A stretch of DNA of 64,000 nucleotides from IMG/VR virus record IMGVR_UViG_3300034691_000037, positions 22,682 to 86,681 of that record, one strand, 5' to 3'. This stretch comes from a virus. The notes below the pieces were generated by a model, which searched no databases, was not told the DNA's origin, and saw only the letters and a program-made list of their open reading frames with translations. Every line of letters starts with the position of its first letter. Position 1 is the first letter of the stretch. The position numbers and the translations under genes are program-made. This document shows, one piece after another, positions 53,781 through 62,655 of the stretch.

Positions 53781-56729
53781 ATGACGATCACCAGCAGTGA
53801 AATTTTAGCCGACATGGCGGCGATTCGTTACGAGCCCACTCGGTTGGCGACGTTGGTCAACGGGTATCTTAACCGAATGTTCGACGGTGAGGAGATGGTG
53901 CTCGACCCTTCGATGCCTTTTCCTTATCTGGAAGAGGTCTCGTTGCTGACGGCATATGCGGCTATCTCTGAAGACCAGAACTTGGACCGACGTCAGTACC
54001 CAGAGACGGCGCAAACTGAACAAGACGTTTACATGCACGCCTCAGATGTGGACTATGAGGGTAACTTCAGCAGCCCAGCCGGCGTGTGGTTTGACATCTA
54101 CGTGGATGAGGCTGAAATCATCAAGTACGCTGTGCAGGTGGGTGATACTGCAACGCGTCGCTTGGTCATGCCTCGGTATACACAGATCACCGTCAACAAC
54201 ATGACGTTTACGTTCCAGTACCCGATCACCTTTATCGTCAAACCTCACGGCGCGATCGATGTGGTGTACGACGGTAGTCAACCATCCCCTCTTCAGACAC
54301 TTGAAGGGAACAAGGTGGATTGGGAATTGGTAACGGTCAACATCACTGAAAACAACAAAGGTCTTGTGCGGCTGATCCGTGTCCGTACCTTTGTTAAGCA
54401 GATGTTGCTGACCACCTACAAGTACAGCCTGGTTGGGTCTAAGGTACTGTTGACCACAGTCCCACTGACTGATTCGTTTTACTACGCTCGTGCGTTTGTG
54501 AATGACAATCAGAATCAGTGGAAAGCCATTAAGACCACCCACAGCCAGCAGGTATTTGACGCTACTGATCCAACCGTGCTTCTGACTGTACTCAATGGTC
54601 AGCTAACCATTGAATTACCCTACGTGTATTACGCGACGGGGTTGGTGACGCACGATATCCGTGTGGACGTTTACACCACTAAAGGTCCTTTGAACGTTAC
54701 TTTGAACGGAATGACTGATAACTCATTCGTCGCAAACTGGCGTGACCTAGATCAAGACGACAACAGCATCTATAGCGCTCCGTTGTCGCAGATGAGCACG
54801 ATCACTGTCATGAGTACAGATACTGTCTCTGGCGGCGCTGCGGCTCCAACCTTTGCAGTACGTCGTCAGCGTATCCAGACCAACGCCACTGGCGCTCAAG
54901 TTGTTCCTATCAGCAATGCTCAAGTAGGGACGACACTCGCCCATCTTGGGTTTGAAGCGTCGATGAACATCGACGATATCAGCCACAGGACCTATCTGGC
55001 AACTCGCGCTATGCCAGATAACACCAAAGGTCAGGTGACCACTGGGATCGACACCGCTGTCGTGACTTACAAGTCGAGCATTACTGACTTGCTGAGCCAT
55101 GCCACCGTGATCGACAATGGGGAGCGGTTCACGGTTACGCCTAAGACGCTCTATCGTTACATTGACGGCGTTTTGACTATCGTCTCTGATGCTGACTTGG
55201 CTAAGCTGTTAGCGCTCTCTGGCGACGCTCTGGTTAACGCTGTAAGTGATGGGACGTATCTGTACACACCTTTGCATTACGTGTTGGATACCGCAGCCAA
55301 TACCTTTAAAGCTCGGCCGTACTTCTTATCGGCACCTGAGATCACATTGGGATCTTACGTCGCCAGTAACGACACGCTCGGTCTCACCATCAGTGCAAGC
55401 ACTACGCGGTCCATCACCCGCACTGAAGAAGGTTACGTGATTCACATTCAGTCGATTTCTAACGACGTGTGGAAAGCGCTGCGGGATGACCAGGTTCATG
55501 TGCAGATGGCGTACATGCCGCCAGGTGAGAAGGACTTGGCCTACATCAACGGTAAACAAATCCTAGTAAGCGGTGAGCGTGTTTTTGAGTTCATCATTAA
55601 GTCTAACTGGGACATTGAGGTGGTCAACGTCAACGATCACCGCCTGATCACCACCAACTTCAATATGTTTGAGCCTATCGAACGGCCATATCCGACCCCG
55701 CTGCTGAATGATTTCTCAATTCTGTGGGCGGTGTCGGATTACGCAGTGGATGGGCTTGAGACGACGGAAGTTGACCGCAAGTTGGGCAAGTTCTTATTGC
55801 CCGATGGTGTGATTGGGGTGTACTACGAAACGCTTCGACTTCACTTGGGTGATGAGCTGACTGGTCTGTGGGCGATGAGCCGAAGCATGATTGGTTTGCG
55901 TAAGTTCATGAAGTACGACGCTGACGTGTACGCCACATGGGAAGCAAACTACTACAAACGTGATGCGTCCGGCAAGTACCCTGTGCTTGAGGAAGATGCT
56001 GAAGGTAATAAAGGTTTGGTCATCGAGTTTGCAAAAGGTGACATCAAACTTAACGCTGACGGTAGCAAGGTTGTGAAGCACGAGAAAGGTTCGGCCATCC
56101 TTGATGAGTTTGGTAACCCAATCATGGAGTCGGAACGTAACATCGAACGCTGGTGGGATATCGTCTTGTTTGACGGCGTCTATCGCTTCGCCACCGATGT
56201 CAACGACATGGAATACAAACGTGATGTTCCTCAGATCCTGGTCGAATGGATCAACGATACATTGGGACCTGTTCGTAAAACCACGTTGGATGAAACCGAC
56301 CTGTTCTTCCAGCCCCGCAACACGCTCAAGTTTGTGGAGTGTTTGGCTAACGATAGCAAACGCATTACTCTGCACACAGCTCAGTTCCTGACGCTGGATC
56401 TGTACGTCAGCAAAATAGTCTACGCGGACAATGACCTTCGTGCAGCTATGCAGACCGCTGCTGTCGCTCAGATTGTAGCGGGTCTGACAGAGGTGTCTGT
56501 AGCGCGGGATGGTCTGGAGACGGCGGTGCGCAATGCATTGGGTGCCGATCTGATCAGTGCCAACTTGAGTGGACTGGGCGGCACTGAGAACAATTTCAGT
56601 ATCGTCACGCTGCTTGATGAAACCGCTCGGTTGTGCTTGGCTAAGTCCATGACCTATCAGGCGGATGGTACCTACGCTGTAATTGATGGCATTGAGGTTA
56701 ACTTCAAGCGCCACACTTCCGGCGAGTAA
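53781..56729 (+). CDS. Large virion structural protein, probable baseplate wedge (gp87-like)
   Basis: 982 aa; YP.TAQ...Y.H and VSGGA...RR motifs reminiscent of wedge/baseplate-J-like proteins. Confidence 0.6.
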   Translation: MTITSSEILADMAAIRYEPTRLATLVNGYLNRMFDGEEMVLDPSMPFPYLEEVSLLTAYAAISEDQNLDRRQYPETAQTEQDVYMHASDVDYEGNFSSPAGVWFDIYVDEAEIIKYAVQVGDTATRRLVMPRYTQITVNNMTFTFQYPITFIVKPHGAIDVVYDGSQPSPLQTLEGNKVDWELVTVNITENNKGLVRLIRVRTFVKQMLLTTYKYSLVGSKVLLTTVPLTDSFYYARAFVNDNQNQWKAIKTTHSQQVFDATDPTVLLTVLNGQLTIELPYVYYATGLVTHDIRVDVYTTKGPLNVTLNGMTDNSFVANWRDLDQDDNSIYSAPLSQMSTITVMSTDTVSGGAAAPTFAVRRQRIQTNATGAQVVPISNAQVGTTLAHLGFEASMNIDDISHRTYLATRAMPDNTKGQVTTGIDTAVVTYKSSITDLLSHATVIDNGERFTVTPKTLYRYIDGVLTIVSDADLAKLLALSGDALVNAVSDGTYLYTPLHYVLDTAANTFKARPYFLSAPEITLGSYVASNDTLGLTISASTTRSITRTEEGYVIHIQSISNDVWKALRDDQVHVQMAYMPPGEKDLAYINGKQILVSGERVFEFIIKSNWDIEVVNVNDHRLITTNFNMFEPIERPYPTPLLNDFSILWAVSDYAVDGLETTEVDRKLGKFLLPDGVIGVYYETLRLHLGDELTGLWAMSRSMIGLRKFMKYDADVYATWEANYYKRDASGKYPVLEEDAEGNKGLVIEFAKGDIKLNADGSKVVKHEKGSAILDEFGNPIMESERNIERWWDIVLFDGVYRFATDVNDMEYKRDVPQILVEWINDTLGPVRKTTLDETDLFFQPRNTLKFVECLANDSKRITLHTAQFLTLDLYVSKIVYADNDLRAAMQTAAVAQIVAGLTEVSVARDGLETAVRNALGADLISANLSGLGGTENNFSIVTLLDETARLCLAKSMTYQADGTYAVIDGIEVNFKRHTSGE

Positions 56730-56732
56730 ACA

Positions 56733-56767
56733 GCATACAGCCCGGCCGCAATGGCCGGGCTGTATGT
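56733..56767. terminator. Bidirectional CATA...TATG hairpin between convergent genes
   Basis: CATACAGCCCGGCC-GCAAT-GGCCGGGCTGTATG. Confidence 0.8.
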
Positions 56768-56775
56768 CGCTTCAG

Positions 56776-57114
56776 TTACTTCCAGCTAAGATCATCGTTG
56801 TAGATAGGTTGCCCACCTCGCCAAAACAGGGGATGGTCATCCTCATGCTCTTCAGAAGGTTTACAGTACCGGCAGCGCTTTTGGTCATTGAACATCAGTA
56901 CGCTAGGATGTCGGCCGCGACACGTCCATTCAAACGGTTTACGAACCTGATCACTTTGGTCCTTGATGGAACCGGCCAACACCCGGAAGAATTCATGTTT
57001 AAACGGATTGTCCGTATCCGAAGCCCGTCTGATTTCTTCCCTCAGCCATTCGTCGTCACCGCCCAGTTTTTGTTTAAAGATACCGCCACTTGCCCAGTAG
57101 TCATGGTCCGCCAT
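56776..57114 (-). CDS. Hypothetical protein with a CxxxH...CxxC motif
   Basis: 112 aa, directly coupled to the polymerase stop. Confidence 0.55.
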   Translation of the reverse strand: MADHDYWASGGIFKQKLGGDDEWLREEIRRASDTDNPFKHEFFRVLAGSIKDQSDQVRKPFEWTCRGRHPSVLMFNDQKRCRYCKPSEEHEDDHPLFWRGGQPIYNDDLSWK

Positions 57115-58935
57115 TTACGCCACCTCTTTACACAGGTCTTTACGGGCTTCTTCTACCCACACATCCATCGGAAGCATCTTACACGCCATCTGCATGATCT
57201 CAACAGCGTTGACACGACCACCCGACATGTTTACGGCAATCAGTTTGAGATTAGCCTGAGACACGCCATGGATGCGACAAGGTTCGGCCAGTGTTGTTTC
57301 CTTCGCCACGTTCTGGATGATCCCTGCGATAGGGTACGTGGTCTCCACGTCAGCATCCGCGTTGAACATGTGAAGCATGGATTGAACTTCTGGCATGTCT
57401 TCAAACAAGAAGACCCCGGACGCTTCAACGTTGTGTGATGGGAATGCAATAATCCAACCTTCACGACCAGGCAACTTAAGGTCAAGTTGAGTTTTCATCT
57501 CATCGGAGGTTGAGCAGATGATGCGCTTACTTTTCTTCATTACGGAGAAAAGCATGTCCGTGCTGTTGATCCGGGGCTGCGAGTTAAAGTTCGAGTAATC
57601 AAGAGAACCTGCCAGTGTACTGATCTGGCTACTCAAGTCATCGTTCTTTTTGTTCAACACCCATACGCCAATGGAGTCGACGGCGTTATAAGAACCATAG
57701 CGGACTTTGTACTTGTGCTGCATTTCCATGTGCCAGTGAAGCGTCCCTTCAGGGATACCGCTGTCCTCTGTCTCATGGGAAAGCTTACCGATCTTCAATT
57801 GACGGTCAAGAACCGCCCCCAGGTTGTACCCACCCGTTTCTTTACCCTTGGCCTTACGCAACTGCCAATAGATCTGCATCGAGTCCAGGATGCGAAATGA
57901 GGAGGTCGATAGCATAACGTGCCATTGTTCCTGCGGTTCCATTCGAAACGATTTACCCGAGGAAGATTCACGGGTTTCCTTACCTTCGCGAGCTACTACT
58001 TTCCGATACCACGGCGGTACCCGAGGATCTGAGAATGCGTCAGTGACGCTACGACCCGCATATTCAATCGATTCAACCGCACGTTTAAAGTCGAAGAATA
58101 CGTTCCAGCCGGTTACGATGTCAGGTTGCGATAAGTGAAGGTGTTTCAACATCCCGTTGGTAATATCGAAATGCGTTGGCAACATAACGACTTTGAATTC
58201 CAAGTCCAAGATATCGTCTACCCACTGAGGGTATTCGCCTTTCTTGTCTTTGATACCATCCCGTAGTTTCCCGACCCACTGAGGAATGATCTCAGCATAG
58301 TCTTTGCGTAACAGTTCTTCGTAGTTTGGGATGTCTTTCGTCCACTGCTCGTTAGCATAGACGATGACTTCACGATCGTTGACTTCTGACCAAAGGATGG
58401 GGAGTTGTTTGGTCTGATCGATCACCCCATTCACATCGGTCTCAACGTCGATGATCGTTACTTCGTTCGGCTGGAAGGCGTTAGGCCATCTGTCTGTGTA
58501 GGCTTGCTTTAAAAATACTTCAGGACCTGGGTCTGTGCCGTAAAGATAATTACTACGCGCAATCTGACGTAAAGGAAGGCTCGGAGTACCAAAACCAAGT
58601 TTGCTGCAGATCTCTCGACGAAGATTACGCTGCGTGGACTTAAACATGTCAACGCGATCAAGGAATTCAAACTGAATCTTTTCAGGCTGGTTCTTACGAA
58701 AGGCTGGCTTTGTTACCCAGTAAGGTCGTTTGTAGTTCTCTGGAACGATCAGTGTTGGATAACGTTCGCCAGTGTCAAGAGTCACCCACATCTTGGCAAC
58801 AATGGCGTCGTCGTAATTCCCTTCATCTGCGTGTGTGGTGTAAGTGCCATGTTTGATCTCTTTAGAAACAATCCTTTCTTTCGGGATCGTTTTTAAATAA
58901 GCATCAATTTCTTGAGGGGTTTGAAACTTCTTCAT
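57115..58935 (-). CDS. Family-B DNA polymerase, 3'-5' exonuclease-containing half of a split enzyme (phiKZ gp82-like)
   Basis: ExoI IIDVETD, ExoII TGWNVFFD, ExoIII YNAVD, region II DADVETTYP; no YGDTDS region. Confidence 0.8.
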   Translation of the reverse strand: MKKFQTPQEIDAYLKTIPKERIVSKEIKHGTYTTHADEGNYDDAIVAKMWVTLDTGERYPTLIVPENYKRPYWVTKPAFRKNQPEKIQFEFLDRVDMFKSTQRNLRREICSKLGFGTPSLPLRQIARSNYLYGTDPGPEVFLKQAYTDRWPNAFQPNEVTIIDVETDVNGVIDQTKQLPILWSEVNDREVIVYANEQWTKDIPNYEELLRKDYAEIIPQWVGKLRDGIKDKKGEYPQWVDDILDLEFKVVMLPTHFDITNGMLKHLHLSQPDIVTGWNVFFDFKRAVESIEYAGRSVTDAFSDPRVPPWYRKVVAREGKETRESSSGKSFRMEPQEQWHVMLSTSSFRILDSMQIYWQLRKAKGKETGGYNLGAVLDRQLKIGKLSHETEDSGIPEGTLHWHMEMQHKYKVRYGSYNAVDSIGVWVLNKKNDDLSSQISTLAGSLDYSNFNSQPRINSTDMLFSVMKKSKRIICSTSDEMKTQLDLKLPGREGWIIAFPSHNVEASGVFLFEDMPEVQSMLHMFNADADVETTYPIAGIIQNVAKETTLAEPCRIHGVSQANLKLIAVNMSGGRVNAVEIMQMACKMLPMDVWVEEARKDLCKEVA

Positions 58936-59011
58936 GAATGACTCTCGCTCCAGTACCTATTAAATCATAGGCAGATTATGTAGATAACTACCCACTCACT
59001 GGAGTCAGGTC

Positions 59012-60310
59012 ATGGGTCAATATAACGAGTCGATGGAAGCAATTGCGTTCCAAATAAACGCTGACCTTCCAAAGGCCATCACCAACATCTTTCAGAAAAT
59101 TCTTGACATAAAAGCGGCCCGACCTGAGACCGATCAACTGCTGGAAGAACTGGGTGCTATCACTAAACAGGCCACAGGTCTGTACATCCTTCCACGATTG
59201 ATGGACGGCCCCCATCACAAAGCCTTTAACATGTTTGTCTTAGACCCGAACTTCAACGCCTTCTCACCCATCAACGAAAAGGCATCGGCGCTGATCGCTA
59301 AGTACGATCTGCAAAACGTTATTAAGCTCGATATCCTTAAAGGGACCATCGATCGCAAGAATGGTCGGGTAACGGGTTTCTACGGCACCATCCCGTTTGG
59401 ATCTGGTGTTAGCCTAGCTATGTTTAATGGCAGCTTCACCGCTAGCGAACTGGCCAGCATGTACGGGCACGAGACAGGTCATGCCTGGGTCATCTGTGAG
59501 TTCTTGGGCCAGACGCTACTGACTAACATGATTCTTGCTGAGCTAGTCGGCCGGATGGATGTACAGACAAGTGACGCTCGTAAATTTGCATTGGCTCGGT
59601 GCGCTCTGCAGCTGGCGGACGCCGATCAGAAGATCCCTGAGAACGTAACCAGCAGTGAAATCACCGCTCTGGTACTTGAAGGTCAGGTCAAGCGGATGCA
59701 GAAAGCCTACAACACCCGCTGGTACGACCAACGTCTTGCGGAGGCTATGTCCGATCAGTTTGCTGCGCGATGGGGCATGGGTAAAGATCTGGTGGTTGCG
59801 CTGGGTAAGTTGGAGCGCGCTAAAGGGTTTAGCGCCGAAGGCGGTTACGACAACATGTGGTTGGGGATCTTGGGTAACTTGCTCAACTTCGTATTGCTTC
59901 CTTACGGTGTTACATTGGCCGCAGGCGGCTCAGCCGCTGTTCTGCAAGTCATCCGCCGGCTGGCTGTTAGCTTTTCGGTGAGCTTCTTCCTAGGTGGTAC
60001 TACCTACGGTCTTAAAGAAGACACCTACCCTCCAATGCGTGCACGGATTCAAGGCATTCGCAATGAGATCGTTCATCTATTAAAGGATCAGCATCTGCCT
60101 AAAGAGGTGCGTGAACGCGCACTGGAAGATCTGAAGGTTATTGATGCTGAAGCAGGGAACGTTCACCCCTTTTCTAACGTTATGACACAGCTCTCTGCGT
60201 ATGTGTTAGATGTGGTATCTGGTAAGCATCACGTCATCGGTGCGAATCAGATGAAAGAAAACCTCGCTAATAATCGCTTTTTTGAATTCTCAGCCACCCA
60301 TCAAAGGTAA
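59012..60310 (+). CDS. Virion protein with an M48-like zinc metallopeptidase signature
   Basis: N-terminal SME site, HETGH, EAMSDQFA, TYP...RI, hydrophobic helices. Confidence 0.65.
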   Translation: MGQYNESMEAIAFQINADLPKAITNIFQKILDIKAARPETDQLLEELGAITKQATGLYILPRLMDGPHHKAFNMFVLDPNFNAFSPINEKASALIAKYDLQNVIKLDILKGTIDRKNGRVTGFYGTIPFGSGVSLAMFNGSFTASELASMYGHETGHAWVICEFLGQTLLTNMILAELVGRMDVQTSDARKFALARCALQLADADQKIPENVTSSEITALVLEGQVKRMQKAYNTRWYDQRLAEAMSDQFAARWGMGKDLVVALGKLERAKGFSAEGGYDNMWLGILGNLLNFVLLPYGVTLAAGGSAAVLQVIRRLAVSFSVSFFLGGTTYGLKEDTYPPMRARIQGIRNEIVHLLKDQHLPKEVRERALEDLKVIDAEAGNVHPFSNVMTQLSAYVLDVVSGKHHVIGANQMKENLANNRFFEFSATHQR

Positions 60311-60315
60311 GTCTC

Positions 60316-60759
60316 ATGCTTAACCCGATTGCTGTTCACGGTCACTTCAACAACCTCCCAAGCGGTTTCGATCAGACTTGCCTGCGTCAGCACGTTACCG
60401 TTGTCATTGCCATGGCAGTGGGCAGTGTGGTGCATCTGCCGGGTAACGAAGTCCCGCTCTCTAGCCTGCAGGGTTACTTCTTCGATAACATCGAACAGTA
60501 CCAATCTTGCATGTACGAGATCAACGAGATCATCCCATTCGAGATCGATCGCGCATTGCAGCTGGCGTACAAGATCTATCAGCGCCGTTACGAGATTGCC
60601 TACGACTGTTCGCCGATGGATTTGCTGCATGGCGATAAGTTGTTCGGCTCGGTCTTCAGCAGCCTGGTGCCTGAATTCGACAAGCTGTGTCTCGATGCAG
60701 GCAAGATCACCGAAACGATCAATCTGCTGAAAAGTCAGATTGTAAAAGAAGCGGCTTAA
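60316..60759 (+). CDS. Conserved jumbo-phage protein
   Basis: 147 aa in the structural operon. Confidence 0.6.
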   Translation: MLNPIAVHGHFNNLPSGFDQTCLRQHVTVVIAMAVGSVVHLPGNEVPLSSLQGYFFDNIEQYQSCMYEINEIIPFEIDRALQLAYKIYQRRYEIAYDCSPMDLLHGDKLFGSVFSSLVPEFDKLCLDAGKITETINLLKSQIVKEAA

Positions 60760-60794
60760 GGCAGCCTTCTCACGCTAATTAAGAAGGACGAGAA

Positions 60795-62120
60795 ATGACT
60801 ACGGTACCCTTTGAAGACCTCTCGATGGAATCCAGCGAAACCGTCGCTGACGCTGAGTTGTTTGAAAACACCCGTGTAGTGCCTGACAACCCCTTGTATA
60901 CGCAAGATTACAACGACATGGATCTTGTCTTCGCCACCCTCAATGCGGTTGAAGACCGTGGTGTGGTTTGCCGGGATGACATCGAGCGCGTTAAGCACTT
61001 GGCTGAGGTGTACCCAAACCTTAAGAAGATGCTGGCTAAGCATCCCGTAGGTAGTTTCACTCAAGACCCAAGCAACATCAACTACGATGTGTCGACGGAA
61101 GGGTTTATCAAAACCGCCTACAACGCTGTCGTTAAAGTGTTGCGCGATATCCTGAACTTCATCGTTCGTTCATTTACCCGCCTGTGGGAATTCCTCAACG
61201 GTAATGAGCGGCGCACTATTGCAATCGACAACCTGTCTGATCGCGTGCTGGCGGTTCAAGATTACCTGATCCAAGTCGATCGCGCCGTAACGGACCTGCC
61301 CATCACCGATGAGTACCGCAAGCTTCGTCAAGGCGCTATCGAAAATACCCGCCACAACCTGAACAAGACCTGGCGTGAAATCCACAGCTTCTTCATTGAA
61401 CGTCCCGAAGATCGCAATGCTGCATTGAGTGCACTTACGGGTGCGCTTAAAGTTGCCATCCCGCCGTTCATTGAGTCGGTCGATACCTTCATGGATGAGT
61501 TGGTCAAGGCCGAGACCGAAGAGGATGTGAAAGCCGCTATTGCCCAACTGCAAGCTGCTCGCATCACTAACGGTGGTTTGACAAACCTGGCTCAGAGCTA
61601 TGGTTATTCACAAGCCAATGTGCGCCTGGATCAGCGCATGACTCAGTTCCAGTCGGTATCCAACTTCATCCGTGGTTACATGAAGACGTTGGCCAGCCGT
61701 CACAGTCAGTTGAGTAAGGAAGCTTACACTGAACTGATGCTGAAAATGACAATCGAGGATTGGTCTAAAGAGATCATTGAAACGATTAAATGGTCGAGTG
61801 CTAAAACAGGTCCTGTGTTGAATAAGCTGGCTAACTTCAGTGAGACTTCACTGAAACCTGGCCTTGAAGACAGCTACGCCCGTCACCTGACTGCGTTCTT
61901 TGCCAACATCACCTCTACTGTCTCTGCGTTCACTGAACTTGAGCAGGCGCTGGGGATGATGGTTCAAGCCCGTAACGATGCGACGTTGAAGATAGCCGAA
62001 GGTGGACTTGCTACTGCTAAAGTAGTGGACAAGTTCCTGACCGCTAATAAGAGCGGCATCAACGTATCGGGTAACGTTCACATTTCCAAGTACCGTGAAA
62101 ATCTGCGTAAGTTGTTCTGA
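60795..62120 (+). CDS. Head protein with a cleavable propeptide (internal head family-like)
   Basis: SME and VSTE-GFIK sites followed by an amphipathic helix. Confidence 0.7.
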   Translation: MTTVPFEDLSMESSETVADAELFENTRVVPDNPLYTQDYNDMDLVFATLNAVEDRGVVCRDDIERVKHLAEVYPNLKKMLAKHPVGSFTQDPSNINYDVSTEGFIKTAYNAVVKVLRDILNFIVRSFTRLWEFLNGNERRTIAIDNLSDRVLAVQDYLIQVDRAVTDLPITDEYRKLRQGAIENTRHNLNKTWREIHSFFIERPEDRNAALSALTGALKVAIPPFIESVDTFMDELVKAETEEDVKAAIAQLQAARITNGGLTNLAQSYGYSQANVRLDQRMTQFQSVSNFIRGYMKTLASRHSQLSKEAYTELMLKMTIEDWSKEIIETIKWSSAKTGPVLNKLANFSETSLKPGLEDSYARHLTAFFANITSTVSAFTELEQALGMMVQARNDATLKIAEGGLATAKVVDKFLTANKSGINVSGNVHISKYRENLRKLF

Positions 62121-62125
62121 TGCCG

Positions 62126-62160
62126 ACATACACCCCCGGCACTGAGCCGGGGGTGTATGC
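62126..62160. terminator. Bidirectional CATA...TATG hairpin between convergent genes
   Basis: CATACACCCCCGGC-ACTGA-GCCGGGGGTGTATG. Confidence 0.8.
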
Positions 62161-62163
62161 TGT

Positions 62164-62655
62164 TCATGTGCCTTTACTCAACTCCGCCTCAAGTTTCGCC
62201 GTTACCCCCGCGTTGTGCTTCTGAGCTTTACGACCCTCTACTAAATACTCCTCAAGGATATCCAAAGGATACTCAAGTAGCTTAGACAGAGGTTCGTTAG
62301 TCATCTCAGGAATACGACACGCCACCAACTCCCTCATCAAACCACGCAGACGGTTACCTGTCGCCATATCCTCGGCTGGGTGCATACGCATGATTGCCAT
62401 CTGGTTTTCAGGCTTGAAGCCCTCATTCACATGGTCAAACAAGCCGAAGGTCTGGTCGTAAGCTTCCAGAAGAATCAGCCGCTTAGTGCGGTCGTCATCT
62501 GTCTGTGTGTTAAGGATGATGTCGTAGGTGTGCGTGCCCGGCTTATACGGCGAGATACCTTCGCCAAAATCCATCGCTACTACGTGATTGATTTTGGCGA
62601 GACCGGTATGTTTATCTACGGTCTGTGTCTTGCTATGCTGCGGCGGAGTAGGGTA
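62164..62655 (-). CDS. Downstream (-1 frame) part of a tail/baseplate chaperone-like pair
   Basis: The frame of ORF 62164-62574 is open back to the T9 run at 62655-62663. Confidence 0.65.
   Translation of the reverse strand, partial: YPTPPQHSKTQTVDKHTGLAKINHVVAMDFGEGISPYKPGTHTYDIILNTQTDDDRTKRLILLEAYDQTFGLFDHVNEGFKPENQMAIMRMHPAEDMATGNRLRGLMRELVACRIPEMTNEPLSKLLEYPLDILEEYLVEGRKAQKHNAGVTAKLEAELSKGT

Noticed and set aside
56683-57438. 251-aa + ORF as a continuation of the baseplate gene
   Set aside because: It crosses a bidirectional hairpin and overlaps two real minus-strand genes, and its composition is not protein-like.
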